From Mesotaenium endlicherianum (lineage: Eukaryota): a stretch of 48,549 nt of DNA. The position numbers and the translations under genes were made by a program. This document shows, piece after piece, positions 12,520 through 26,090 of the stretch. The notes under the pieces were generated by a model. The model searched no databases, was not told where the DNA came from, and was given only the letters and a program-made list of their open reading frames with translations. Positions within the stretch are counted from its first letter, which is position 1. The number at the start of each line of letters is the position of its first letter. Where the stretch lies: contig WELA01003449.1 in assembly GCA_009602735.1 (NCBI GenBank), positions 334,120 through 382,668 on the forward strand, given 5' to 3'.

Positions 12520-14402
12520 GACACTCGAGTGACATGGTGGGAGGTTCCTTAGTGGAGTTATAATAAGTGCATGTTACTATAAAAGTGCGCTGCATTTACT
12601 TCGTTGAGATTGACGCCTTGTTTCAGAACCATAACGTAGGTGGCAGTAGGTTCCGCTTCTAATTAGATGAGAGGAGGTTGATGGTACTCGTCATGTTGCA
12701 CCATTTGGAGACGGGAAGGTAAAGCAGTAGTTCTATTCTTGGTTCTTAGTGTACTTTTTCCTCGGTATTACAAATCTTGAAAAGCATTTGAGTTATTACT
12801 CGATGACTCTTCAATCTGATTTAAGACTTAAAAGTCTTACTTGTATTGTCTAATTTTCAGTAAGAGCAACTTCCTTGTCAACATTGACAATTCGTATAAG
12901 ATGTTAAACAAGGAACTACTAATTTTGTTGACCCATTTAGCGCTTTCAAAGGAAAACTGCAATTGGGTGATCGCCTGTCATCTTCCTCAAGTGCACTGAT
13001 TAGATATTTGGGCATTTCGAACTATCTCCTTCCCAGTCTCAAATTGAACTTGATTTGCTTGTACATTTTTGGTTTCAAAACTATATGGTCGTACATAGCC
13101 CTCTTCATTGCTTGCCCGGGTGTGGACAAAAAGTTGCTATGGAAAGCATAATGAGAACACATTGAAATTTTGTTAGTGTACAAACTTTGTAAGGACTTTT
13201 TACATAGTGTGTATGACTATGACGCCTCAACATGTTCGTTTGCATGGCTTCTACGAACCCATAGTGTATTAAAATGATTTCAAAAGCATTGCACTAAAAG
13301 TTGGGCAACGATTAACTATGATAGCTTGCCCTTGAAGCGAGCATCTTGAAGGAGGCTATTATTGAACCGCCAAAATTGCAAGGCAAAAAGGGCTTGTTAG
13401 GTGGCCGCATTATTCCAGGAAAATTCGCCAAGCAACCTTTTGGAATGCTTCGATAAATGTCTATGTAGAGTTGCTAAAGTATAAAAATCTGGTAGTTGCG
13501 ACTGAGGAAGTCTTAGCTCACTGTATCAATAATAGTACCAACTATTTTCATGATATGTAAAGTGAGAATGTGCATGATGGTCAAAAAGTTTGATGTTTAA
13601 TGCGTAATAGTCTAGAAATACATGATATAGTTAAATAGGCTGGCATGAACATGCAACGTAAGTTATCAAGAAGTATTTTTAAGCAAATTTCAATCACTCA
13701 CGCGGCTGTTCTTGGTACAAGAAGGGCCACTTCTTAGCTTTGCTGATATGATGGCAGGCTTCTAACTGTCGCCTTCTTCAGTCTTTTGACTGTGGTCGGT
13801 CTGGTGCTATATTTCCTAAACATGGAAATTTAGGGTGTGACTTACTATGATAAGGCACCTCAATAATGTACTAACTCGAATTTGTACTTGCGGAATTTCT
13901 GGAACTTTAGTAGGGGATATATACTATCAATGAACGTACTTACATGAACATTTCAGACCTGTTTGCTCCATTCTGGTGTGGGACACCTCTAATTTTCATT
14001 TTCTTCTGGTCGCTAACTAGACGACCAACGCCGCACGAGTCGATAACGAATGTGTCATTATACAGAAAATAACTGAACGTCCTGGGTTGTTGGAGCTCGG
14101 GAAGGGGCTCAGCTTGCATTTACCAGTACTCATCAGCTATATTGCTCATCAGCTAGACCCTTGCAGAATTTCTCAGCTCGTCTTTTTTCTTACTGTCGAC
14201 TTATATAGAATTTCTTCAAGCTCGTGGAGTAACCTTACTGAAGAGGCGTCCGAAATTGAACAGCAGCAAACTGAGGTCGCAACTTCGCCCAATTGTTGAA
14301 GTTTTTCTCTGCAGTGTGACTGACGCTTCAAAAACATCCTATGCCAACTTGCAGCGGTGCACCCAAATTGACATTCTTTTCTGATTGCCATGCTGTGCAG
14401 AC

Positions 14403-17400
14403 ATGGGTCGTGTCATATCGTCTCTAGGTGCCTGTGCATTTCTGCTCCTCTTTGCAGCAGCGTCCGTGCAGGCTGCTGGTGACAACAACGCTTTTCTTGT
14501 TGTCTACAAGAAAGTGACATCAAAAAAAGTGAAGGACGGTGAAGAGATCAAGGTCGCTTACAGCATCTACAATGCTGGCAGCAGGTTAGTCCAAAGTTCA
14601 GCTGCATCAATATGTCTCGCCAGGCCAACCACACCAAGTGCATTGTGCACCCGTTTAAAACCGATAGCGGTACAGCCTTACTCGTGTACTGGTTGTGTCT
14701 GGCTGACTTCCAATGTTTACTTTTACTCTGAATCATATAAGATTGTTTGGTCTTTTGTAACCTTCAAACACTGTAATTTTGTCAACCTTTTAACGTTTCC
14801 ATTGACGTTGCACTGTGCTGCAGCACTGCATACGACGTCTCATTGTCGGACAACACATGGCCAACTGACATGTTCAGCATTGAGGGCAACGACACAGCCT
14901 CTTGGAGCAAGTTGGAGGCGTAAGTTTACATGATCTCAAAGCCCTCACTTGTTTGCGGAATTTATTGCAGGCGCGGTAAGAAGAACAGCATGTAGTGTAC
15001 AATAAGCTACCTATCCATTTAATAAATCTCAAATTGTATGCCACGAGAAAATGTCAGAGTTTTCTATTTTTGTCCAAAGGAGTTGAAGGCACAAGTGAAG
15101 AGTCCCTTGAGATCGCATTGGGTCTTGTGAAACGGATAATCTTCAAATCTGCTGCCAAGGTAATATAGAACTTGTTGGGCAGTTGATTCACAGTAGCTGC
15201 ACCATGTGCAACTGTGGAGGCCTTACCTGACCTGCAGGTCATGGAACGTAATTAGCTGGAGCTTGGGTTTCCTTTCTGCCATGAGTGTGACCCAATCGCA
15301 GGGTGCAGATTACATCCCACTAGTTGACCCCCCTCTGGTGCCTGCACCCGTTTATTGTTCTATATTCTTAATTCAGGGGCAACTCCTTGGAGCACTCACT
15401 TCAGTTGAAGCCCTCAGTGAAGGCCCTCTATCAAACCCCTCCAGCTGTCGTCACGTATAGGGTGGCTGCCAAGTCAAACCTCCAGGTATGCCACTTGCGT
15501 CAAGCCTTCTTAAACCCCAGGCTTATTTGAGCCGTGCCAGCAAATTAATACTGTACCTGTATATTATATTGTTAACATATTTTAAATATCTATATAAATG
15601 GACATGTATATATTTCTTATGAGCCCTAGATTACTCCTCCAGGTCACCTTTTAGGCACAGGAGCGGTTCCAGCATCGCCAGAGAGCTTTCTTCCCTTCTT
15701 TGTGAAACCTGCAAATTCTGACCCACGGTAGGTAAGTTCAGTCTCAGCTGGTTGAGTCCCCTCACCCAACCAGGAGAGCTCCCTAGACTCCGACCTGCCT
15801 GACACGCTTCCTTCTTGGAAGGTGAGTTCTGTACAAGTGGGTGAGGCTGAGTAGTCCGTGCCTGTTCTCTATCCTGGCGAGACGACGCACCTCTCTCTCT
15901 CAATCCAATCAAGAGGCACTCCGTAAAGCAGTGGTTTCCTCGAGCTCCCCTTGCTGGCCATGCCACCCACGCACCCTAGAATGAGCGACAGGTAAGATGG
16001 CACCCCCAGCAGGCGGCCGGAAGAGGCCTAGAGGCGACGATGCTTGCATATGCCCAGGCCCCTGGGGGGGGGCTGATGGGGTCGGTTGCTTTGGAAAGCA
16101 GGAAGAGGAACGGACTACAGCAACTGAGGGAGGAAACGTAGGGTATTGGGCACCCAGCACGAGCAAGCAGACAGTGAGCAGGCTGTGTGAGTGTACAATG
16201 CAGCAAGTGAGAAAGGGTTTGGGTCTTGGGCACCCCCGGTGCGAGCAAGCAAGCACAGAGAGCGGATATTGAGCAGACTGTGAGCCGTCTGTGAGCAGAC
16301 AGTCTGCAGGCAATGCGCAGGCAGTGTTCAGACAGCGAGCAGAATGTCACCAGACAGTCAGCAGACAACGAGCAGGCAGTGAGAGCAAACAGTGCGCACA
16401 CAGTGAGCAGACAGTCAGTCGACTGAGCTGATAAGGAGCAAATTGCATTAAATTATGAACCTGGTGGTCACGTGCATCTGGTGGTGACTGGTCGGCGGCT
16501 TCTCCTGCGCAGACATCGGTGTCCACGCCTGTGCCCGAGCTGGACCTGCTCTCTGACAAGCCGCAGGAGAGCCCTCTCGTTGGGGTGCGTGCTCCCACAT
16601 CCCCCCTCCCCTCCCACCCCCAAGAAACACACGCACACACCCCTTCCCCTCCCTCTCTTTCTTTCAACTCAATTTCTCTCTGAGGTTTTTGACTCTTCTG
16701 TATATGTCTGTCTGTCGAAGAGGCGAGTATTATGTGCAAAGTTTCATAGAGGGTACCTTCTCCAGCCTGGGCAGCGCAGTAGTATTGCAGTCTCACCACG
16801 TGCCATGGTGAGAGATTGCACAACAGCCATGTGCAGGCAGCTCGGTTGATGCACCATGTGCAGTCGATCATAACATTCCTTCACCCTTGTAGAGGCAGCG
16901 TTGTGCAAGATGCAAACGCCGCACCGCTTACAAGGAAGGATGCAGATTCTGGCAGCCCCCGAGTGGAATAAGTGACGGCATTTGCGTAGTAAAAATCTCC
17001 TTTGCCTGGGGGGAGAGGGCGGGAAGAGAGAGGTGGTCCTTTTAAAATGCGCATCAGGTGTTTGCTGAGCCAGGGGTGCGTCGGGCCGACATTCGGGACT
17101 CAGGTCACTTTCCCCGGAGCAATGGGGCGTTTCTTCTTGTCGGGCTCCTCTCCTCCTCTCCTCCTCTCCTCTCCTCTTGCCTCAGCTCTCGCTTCGCTCT
17201 CGTTGCTTGTAAGGGACGGGGGACTTTTGTCTTGGCGGCTAAAGCTGCCGTTGCCCTCATGAGCCCGTGGACGGGGGCCTGCCCTTCAGGATTGCTCCTC
17301 TGGCTCCCTAGCCGATGCCAGAAGAGGTCGCCAGCTGTCTCTATCCTGTTCTCCTCTCTCCGTCCCTAAGGGGGGGCTCTGCTCATGCTCCCACGCAGGG

Positions 17401-17590
17401 CGTGGCTTGGCATGGCATGCCGTGTGTGCTTGTGGGTGCCCCTGCGCGCTGGTGGTGCCTGGCTGTGTCACACGATGCGCTGACTCCTCTCCTGACGTGC
17501 ATGCGCGCTCACGCATGCTGAACTAGTAGTACAGACTGTACTAACTCCACTGCTGTCTGACTGTGGGCCTCTTGGATGTGCTGGGTGCTT

Positions 17591-17657
<67 letters not shown>

Positions 17658-18232
17658 NNNNNNNNNNNNNNNNNNNNNNNNNNNNNNNNNNNNNNNNNNN
17701 NNNNNNNNNNNNNNNNNNNNNNNNNNNNNNNNNNNNNNNNNNNNNNNNNNNNNNNNNNNNNNNNNNNNNNNNNNNNNNNNNNNNNNNNNNNNNNNNNNNN
17801 NNNNNNNNNNNNNNNNNNNNNNNNNNNNNNNNNNNNNNNNNNNNNNNNNNNNNNNNNNNNNNNNNNNNNNNNNNNNNNNNNNNNNNNNNNNNNNNNNNNN
17901 NNNNNNNNNNNNNNNNNNNNNNNNNNNNNNNNNNNNNNNNNNNNNNNNNNNNNNNNNNNNNNNNNNNNNNNNNNNNNNNNNNNNNNNNNNNNNNNNNNNN
18001 NNNNNNNNNNNNNNNNNNNNNNNNNNNNNNNNNNNNNNNNNNNNNNNNNNNNNNNNNNNNNNNNNNNNNNNNNNNNNNNNNNNNNNNNNNNNNNNNNNNN
18101 NNNNNNNNNNNNNNNNNNNNNNNNNNNNNNNNNNNNNNNNNNNNNNNNNNNNNNNNNNNNNNNNNNNNNNNNNNNNNNNNNNNNNNNNNNNNNNNNNNNN
18201 NNNNNNNNNNNNNNNNNNNNNNNNNNNNNNNN

Positions 18233-18294
<62 letters not shown>

Positions 18295-19105
18295 TCTCTC
18301 TCTCTCTACCTCGCGCGCGCGTGCATGCGTGCGGACATGCCTGGCTCGCGTGCGGCTCTTGGTGCAACGCAGCTCAAGGTGGGCTATTGTCCATCACGAC
18401 CCCCACCCTCTCCTTCTCACTCCTTTTCCCTCTCCCCTCCCCCCCGGTCCCGGCTTCATGTGATGGAAGCTTGAGCACTCTCGCTTTGTTCCTCTTGGTG
18501 AACTCTAGCCGTTGCAGAAGTGTTGAAGATGCAGAGCCGGCTCTTTGTGTGTAGCTTTTGCTCTGCGGAAGCTCTTTCATTTACTCCACCCCTCCCACAG
18601 CGCCCCTCGGGATTTTACTTAGCGGAATTGGTTCAAGGTCCCCTCTTATGTCTTTCGCAAGGTGCTTCTGTCCAAGCTTGTGTGAGCTCTCTTGTGATCT
18701 CCTAAATTGTGGCTCAGAAACGCGGTTGGATTCTTTGTGCTGCTGTCGGGTTAGGCGCAGTGTGCGTGTGCGTTTGTGCGCGTGTGTGCATGTGCGCGCG
18801 CGCGCGTGTGTTTTTTGCGTACCTGTGGTGTATACGTGTAGACATGCACAATGCACAGACGTCGATGCTCATTGAGATCATAGGCAGGCATGTGCTCTTA
18901 ACGTGCCAGCCTGGTGGGGCCTGCTCTGCCAAGCGAAGTGCTGTGGGAACTGAAGTTGCTAGCGAGTGTGTGCACACGCCCCCTCCCACAGGTCTTTGCC
19001 GTCAAGTACGGCCCATTTGCGGCGTGCCTCGCCATCGTCGCCTCGTTTGTGGTCATCGTCCTCGCCCCCCAGAGCAAGAAGAAGTACCTCAAGAAGCGTC
19101 GGTAG
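14403..19105 (+). CDS. SSR2: Translocon-associated protein subunit beta (TRAP-beta / signal sequence receptor beta)
   Basis: Exons 14403-14584, 14824-14919, 15377-15485, one unlocated ~25-codon exon (probably in N gap 17658-18232) and 18992-19105. The translation has a signal peptide (MGRVISSLGACAFLLLFAAASVQA), FLVVYKK, IYNAGSSTAYDVSLSDNTWP, PAVVTYRV, and a C-terminal KYG + TM helix + basic tail (KKKYLKKRR). An acceptor (tgtgcag) ends 2 nt before the ATG, implying a 5'UTR intron. Confidence 0.85.
16165..16430 (+). repeat. Degenerate ~12-mer minisatellite (GAGCAGACAGT-like) in a TRAP-beta intron
   Basis: Recurrent variants gcagacagtgag, gcagactgtgag, gcagacagtctg, tcagacagcgag, ccagacagtcag, gcaggcagtgag and gcagacagtcag. 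Confidence 0.7.
17593..18307. repeat. (CT)n microsatellite flanking an assembly gap
   Basis: CT runs at 17593-17657 and 18233-18307 on both sides of N gap 17658-18232. Confidence 0.95.
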
Positions 19106-20823
19106 AAGCGATCTCCCGACAGCGGGGAGGTGGTGCAGGGCGAGCTGGCGTTAGCTCGTGTTGGAATACTGGCCGCTGCCTTATTGGGGAGGGGGACGCC
19201 TTTCGTTGACAGTTGTTGGGTACCTGGCGAGGAAGAATGGGCTGGCTCCTGGGGGCTGTGTAGTTTGGGGCATGTTGGCGTTTGGTTTCCTCTTGTTAGG
19301 TGAGCGACAAATGTTGCTCTCTTACTCAAAGCCTCGCTGCTGCCCTTCTGTGAAAGGCTGTCAGAAACAGAGAGCGATGGGAATTTCATGTCATGCAAGT
19401 GTGAAAGTCTAGACGTGGTCATCCAGGCTGAGTGCCTTCTGCCTGTTCATGGAGCAAAAGCCCTGTAGAGGGATTTGATGGGCCACTTGCTGGCTGATTG
19501 GAGGTAATGACAGTCAACGTAATGTCATTGTTGCAGCTCTGCTCCCTAGCACCCACTGATGTGATTTGATTTGTTATCTTGTCAAAGTGATTTCGCACTT
19601 TTGGTTCTAGAAGGAATGTGACCCATTCAGCTGGCGCAGTAGAAAGTGAACACATCCTGGCTGAGCTAGCGTCTGGCCGAACTCTGCTTTGTTATCAGTC
19701 AGTTCCACATGCATCTCAACTTTTACTAGTCTCAGTTGCGAGGATATCCGCAAGTGGCGAATTCATCTCGACATGAGTCAGGTGCAATGCAACAGGTATC
19801 TGTGATGCATGCCCCCTCTGAACATTGGAAGTCACCTGCTTTAGATCAGCACAACAATTCATGGTCGAATGTGGACACGAGACAGAGGAGATAAGGAAAC
19901 TTGAAACGGTGGTGTATGAAAGTTGGGCAGCATGTGATTGAAGGCATGCGAGTATATTAAACAGCTATGTTGGTCAAACCTTTGTAGATGCACGATTTGA
20001 GCGATTCAAATGCATGTCTTTGAAGCCAGTGGCTTTTGAGTACCATCCTTGTCTACATCCAATCACAAACCAAGGTACTCACTCATTGATCACTACCATA
20101 ACTCCAATACAGATTGTCTATTAAGATGGTCGATGTCATACCGAACCAATGAAATTGCAATTACTGTTGAGAAGGAGCAGCCACTTGCTCAGCCTTGCAA
20201 GCGCGCTCGCCCTTGTTGAAACAAGTACATGAGCAGTCACGTGGAAAGAGTACTGCCCTGAAAGGGCGAGCTTTGACAATGTTTGCCCACAAATTTTCGC
20301 TCTCACTGACTACCGCAATTTGAGCCCGACGCAGACCATAGGTAGTCGCATGGTGCAAACTTACGCTGGCTCCATGGATGCTGGGAGGGAGGGCTAGTGC
20401 AAGCAAGAAACCCGAGTGCTAGTGTGGGCCTCGAGAGCCTCAGTGCCATACCAGGTTGCCCCAAACCATCTGAAGGCACAGTCCACCACCGCATGCATTC
20501 AGAGAGTACTATTTAAGAGACACTACCTAAGATGTGCTGTCCCAACTGTCCTATCTAGAGTATACTTGCACATGATGTGGAAGCCACGCATGCCGGATAG
20601 CTACTGGTTTGCCTCTCAAAACTCACGCGCAACCATAAGAAGGCTCACGGGCAGAAGTGCACTCGCAAAGTCCTGCCGGGGGCAGGGAGCGTGAAGGGAG
20701 GCAGGGCAGGCTGCTGTGATCTTTTTGCCTGAAGAGAAGACACAAGGGAGCCAACAGTCAGCCGCGCGTTGTCGATCTGACCATAAAGGTCTGCTGGACC
20801 ACGAAAGTAGGGAGTGTGGTTTC

Positions 20824-20826
<3 letters not shown>

Positions 20827-20885
<59 letters not shown>
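20827..20885. repeat. (TG)n microsatellite
   Basis: Uninterrupted TG dinucleotide run, directly visible. Confidence 0.95.
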
Positions 20886-20887
<2 letters not shown>

Positions 20888-23800
20888 AGGCTTCATAAGT
20901 GTTGGTTCCGATAGCCAAGTCTTCCCTCCTCCCCCTCCCCCTCCCCCTCCCCCCTCCCGCCAGCTCCCCTTTCCTGCCCCTCTAATAGCACACCGCATTG
21001 CCTCTGGAGCATCGGCATTTTTTGATCCAGAGACCAAGTAGTACGAGGATACTGAATGATTGTTTGCCAGAGGAATCATCATCAATTTGCACTACATAAT
21101 TTCGATGGTGATCCCTGGGGGGCAGGGAGGGGGGGGCGGGAGTGTGGGGGGGGACCTTAATCTGAGACTATCGGAAACAGGCTAGGCACCGCCTGGTTGC
21201 AAGACATGGAACATGATAAGAACAGAAGTAGCCAGTAAAGGGGGATTAAGAGTGTGGGACTGATTAGTCATGACATCCTGTGACACTGAAGGGTCACCGG
21301 AGGATGATTTGACAAGGTGGGCAAAAAATCAAGTTGCACAGGACCCACAAATGCGTCTCCACTCACCAGAAAAATAAGTGGCGAGGATGGGCATTTGCTT
21401 GCCTCCAATTCTCACTTCTCAGCACCCCTCCTCGACAAGAGCCAGACTGACGCTGCCGAGGCGGGGACCACAAATAGAGCTGCTGTTTGCAGGCTCTTCT
21501 CTGTGTCAGTCGTCAATGCGCCTATCTTGGACCAATCTCCACTATACCTGTGTGCAATAACAAGAAGGGCATGATTCATCACCACCTCTCGTCATTGAAC
21601 ACGTCGGATATGTAACGAGGACAACTGAATCATGCTCGAGATGCTGATGGTCAACATAGCTGCATGGCCCTAGCAGTCTAAGATTGTGAACTATGCATCA
21701 TTCGGCTTGCCTTTCATCATACTACCCCCACCTCAACACATCTCTTATGTTTTGCCCATGCATGTTCTCATAGCTCAACGACAAGCATGTGATCAATTTT
21801 CAATTCTCGGCAGTAACCATGGAGCATGTGAAAAACTTGCGCTCACCCTGCATCTACGAAGCCTGCTGTCAAGACGACAATGGCCACTTGCACCCAGAAT
21901 GTGCGCATGAAGTAAAAGGGGGGTTGTCCCTCTTTCTCAATCTCAGTATCACCATCACCAGCCTCAGCTCTTGGGACGCACGACCTATACGAAAGACTGC
22001 TCCCGCCAAAATTGCAAAATGGAGAGCTTTTCCGCTGCCATTGATTGACGTTTGCATTGTGTGGGACAGATTGTACAGTCGCTTTTTGCTTCACCCCTTT
22101 CTGCCCGCTATTTCTCTCTAATCTGCAAGACATGTGCACGACTTTATGCTTCGTAAGGGGCTGCATGAATCCTTCAACGACCCCATTGCCTTGAGCTGAA
22201 GATAAAGCTAGAGGCGCTGAGAACGTGTGCAGAACTGATGCATGCATTGCTTGGTCAACGACGTCGGCACGATATTGCTGATGACCAGTGTGCTCCCGCA
22301 ACCTGCTCTTGAGAGCGAGAGTTAAATTAGGAACTAACAGGTTCAGCACACTTGAAGTGAGTTACTAGACGATACAACTAACTGTGCAAGCTTCCAAATC
22401 ATGTTACTTTGAAAGCTGCTTCATATGCGCAAGAATTTCTATGACATCTGTTACATTTTCTCGAGCGTTCATTCAGTACGCGTTTTGCCTCAGCACATAT
22501 TACTAATGAAAAAGGGAAGGCATGGCTGTTTGTGTAGCTTCTTCTCTGGGTCTTGTCCTCACGCTGATTAGTCACAGCAGCATTGCAGAAACCTACTCAC
22601 GGCTGCATCTTGCCAGGAAATTAAGGGAGGAAAAGTATGCCTCTGAGATATGTTATTGCAGGAAAACTTGTAACATAATCTAGCATTTTGGAAGAGAGAA
22701 GTAGCTGCGGGAACGTCAGCTGCTTTGCAGCCTGCTCTTTTAAAGATTGCCAACGAGCTCAAAACATGCAGAACAGAGCATTACTGGTGCACACTTTCCC
22801 TTTTTAATATCAGTGTAGGGCCTGCCAGCCGGATGATGGCATATATGCTCTACTCGCCTCCATCATGGGCTTTGTCTCCGGCACCCATCCCGCCAGAGAT
22901 CTTTTGCCTTGGTCAACTATGGACACACTCTATAGCAAACCTCATTCAAGTCCCAAAAAGAGCTCTGTTGTTGCACCAGGCCGCGTGCCTGAAGTCTTAT
23001 CAGCCGCATGCATCATCGCATGATCTAGTGGTTGCTCCTTCCTCACATTCCCCTCATTGTTGCTTCAAGACGAACAGAAGCCGGACCACAAACACATGGC
23101 ATTTTCTTTCTTCTTATAAGTGCATCTTTACTCATGCTTCCGAGGAGGGTAGGGGAGAGGGGGGTGAGAGCACAGCTAGAGGTGGAGTAATACTTCCAAT
23201 CTGCTGCCTGACAAAACTTGGAAACCCATTGTGAGAGCAGCGCTGGCAGGTGGAAATCTGGAATGGAAGGGGTCAGCATCTGTTACATAGGACATCTCAA
23301 AGTTTGCAAGAGCAAGTCCGCAACTAAGTTTTAGTAGTAAATAAAGTAGATACACACCTAATCCTGGTTTCTCCGAATGCTTGTCTCTTCCAAGTTCATG
23401 TCTGCAGCATTTTGCCGTGTTTCTTACATGCAAGCAGCTAGAGTCGCATTCCCAGCTGCCAGCTGTCTGCACACGTTTCAGATCCTGGCGCCAGAACAAG
23501 GAGTCAAATGCTGGCGTCGGAACTATTGCGTGTGCTGGAGAGAGAGAACCCGGCTGATGCCTCCAAAGTGCAAAGGAGAACGTTCATCTCGTCTGTACTG
23601 TGTCCCCTTAGTCCCCTCGCTCCACCTTCCTTCTGCTCCCCTCTTAGAGGTAGTTGCAACTTGCAAAATAGGGAATAAGGCATCTTTTGGCTTTGCCCCC
23701 TTTATCCCCTCTTCCCTCTTCCCTCTTCTCCTTCCCCCCTTTTTTGCTGAAACAGAGTGCAAGTGCCCTCCAAGGACTGATGCCGCCAAACTTCCTCCTG

Positions 23801-24414
23801 TTATGGGCGCTTTTCCTGCAACCTCTTGGGGTTCGCTTTTAGGCTCAGGCTTAGGGTTGGGATGGGATAAAGGGCTGCGCCCTTCCCGGGCACCCAGGCA
23901 TCAGTGCCATTTCTCCGGAGTCGGCTTGACGCCACAGGCCATCGTTTCTACGGCGAAAATCCTGATGCTCCCTCGATGCACGCCTGCACGCTGGGGCTAC
24001 AGAGATGCCGTTTGAGAGATCGATGGCCAGCTTAGCGTCAAGTGTGCAGGTGGCGCCTCCTCATGTGACGACATCGTGAAGGCTTGTGTAAGGTGCAACC
24101 TCCCCCTCCCCTCCCCCGCCTCTCTGTTATTTTCTGATTGCCGTCTAAGTTGTGGTGCTGTAGCACTGGGGAGGATTGGAGTATGATTACAAATATGGGC
24201 TTTCTTTTGGTGTATGTCACTTGATATTGTATTCATAAGGAGAAGCAGGCCTAGGAATCACGAGGGTAGAATGAGGGTGGGTTTTCTCTTGGGGCTTGCT
24301 GCCGTTTCTGGCATAATGTGGCAGTTCTCTGCTGACGTGGCAGGGGCTTAAGGCAGCAGGCTTTGCTAGTTCATCCTTTACCTGTTTTGGTAATTAATTT
24401 GACTGTTAAATACC

Positions 24415-26090
24415 TGCCACCTTGGCCCCCTGAAGGCGCGCGTGCACGGCTATGGGGTGTGCGACAGCCCGAGTACTTCCACTCCTACATCCAGGGCCGC
24501 CTCCACGGCCTGGCTGCGCGCGTCCGCTCGCAGGACATTGTCACTGTCACCAATTTAAGCCTGCTGGTGTGAGCTGGCAACGCATAAGCCTGCCATCTGT
24601 CGCTGTCATTGAGCTACAAGGTGTGGCAAAGAGGAGAGCGACAGAGACTCAATGACGGGGGTTGAGAGTGGAAAGAGAGGGGTCGAAGGGGGCTGGGGTG
24701 CACATGTCCATGGTTCGCATGCCCCCTGTTGTATGCTTAATTGCAGGCCACCTGGCACCTCCCTTGGAGTACAGACACCAGTGGTACCGCTTAGAAGTTG
24801 GAGCATTACTTTTCTAGCTCTTCTGCTGCTTCTGGCGGGCGTTGCGTTTGGATGTCTGTGGGGGTACTTCTCCTGACTCTACCTCCTTAATCTTCCTCTC
24901 CCTCCCAGCGTGTACTCAGGTGTGTTTGTAAGCAAGGAATGGCAGAGGAGGGGGGGGGAGAGGGGGAGAGGNNNNNNNNNNNNNNNNNNNNNNNNNNNNN
25001 NNNNNNNNNNNNNNNNNNNNNNNNNNNNNNNNNNNNNNNNNNNNNNNNNNNNNNNNNNNNNNNNNNNNNNNNNNNNNNNNNNNNNNNNNNNNNNNNNNNN
25101 NNNNNNNNNNNNNNNNNNNNNNNNNNNNNNNNNNNNNNNNNNNNNNNNNNNNNNNNNNNNNNNNNNNNNNNNNNNNNNNNNNNNNNNNNNNNNNNNNNNN
25201 NNNNNNNNNNNNNNNNNNNNNNNNNNNNNNNNNNNNNNNNNNNNNNNNNNNNNNNNNNNNNNNNNNNNNNNNNNNNNNNNNNNNNNNNNNNNNNNNNNNN
25301 NNNNNNNNNNNNNNNNNNNNNNNNNNNNNNNNNNNNNNNNNNNNNNNNNNNNNNNNNNNNNNNNNNNNNNNNNNNNNNNNNNNNNNNNNNNNNNNNNNNN
25401 NNNNNNNNNNNNNNNNNNNNNNNNNNNNNNNNNNNNNNNNNNNNNNNNNNNNNNNNNNNNNNNNNNNNNNNNNNNNNNNNNNNNNNNNNNNNNNNNNNNN
25501 NNNNNNNNNNNNNNNNNNNNNNNNNNNNNNNNNNNNNNNNNNNNNNNNNNNNNNNNNNNNNNNNNNNNNNNNNNNNNNNNNNNNNNNNNNNNNNNNNNNN
25601 NNNNNNNNNNNNNNNNNNNNNNNNNNNNNNNNNNNNNNNNNNNNNNNNNNNNNNNNNNNNNNNNNNNNNNNNNNNNNNNNNNNNNNNNNNNNNNNNNNNN
25701 NNNNNNNNNNNNNNNNNNNNNNNNNNNNNNNNNNNNNNNNNNNNNNNNNNNNNNNNNNNNNNNNNNNNNNNNNNNNNNNNNNNNNNNNNNNNNNNNNNNN
25801 NNNNNNNNNNNNNNNNNNNNNNNNNNNNNNNNNNNNNNNNNNNNNNNNNNNNNGGAGAGGGGGAGAGGGGAGGGGAGGGGGGGCGGGGTTGGTGCTTCCC
25901 TCTTTCTTTTGTGGTTCATTTAGCCCGACTGACAGCTGTCCCTGCCTACATGGTCGGACCGGCCGCTATCACGCATGCCCAAGGGGGAGCATTGGGAGGG
26001 GTACGTGATGAGCACGAGCAGCGAGCTGCAGGCAAAGCTTGACGTGGCGGCGACAACTGCCATTGTCATTTTGAACCCTACAGACATCCC
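24415..26090 (+). pseudogene. DCD: Degenerate partial copy of D-cysteine desulfhydrase (two exons plus intron sequence)
   Basis: 24415-24554 reads CHLGPLKARVHGYGVCDS/(frameshift)/EYFHSYIQGRLHGLAARVRSQDIVTVTN and is followed by TTAAGC in place of a GTAAG donor. 25921-26090 aligns to the reverse complement of ~48330-48495, including intron sequence (ACAGCTGTCCCTGC) and ATGAGCACGAGCAGCGAGCTGCAGGC...CTTGACGTGGCGGCGACAACTG. In this copy the acceptor ACGCAG has become ACGCAT and there are several indels. Confidence 0.85.

Noticed and set aside
19400..24400. ORFs of 100-210 aa in the TRAP-beta to pseudogene interval (e.g. 21843-22349, 22725-23234, 23377-24015)
   Set aside because: No recognisable motifs, codon bias or consistent splice structure; treated as intergenic.
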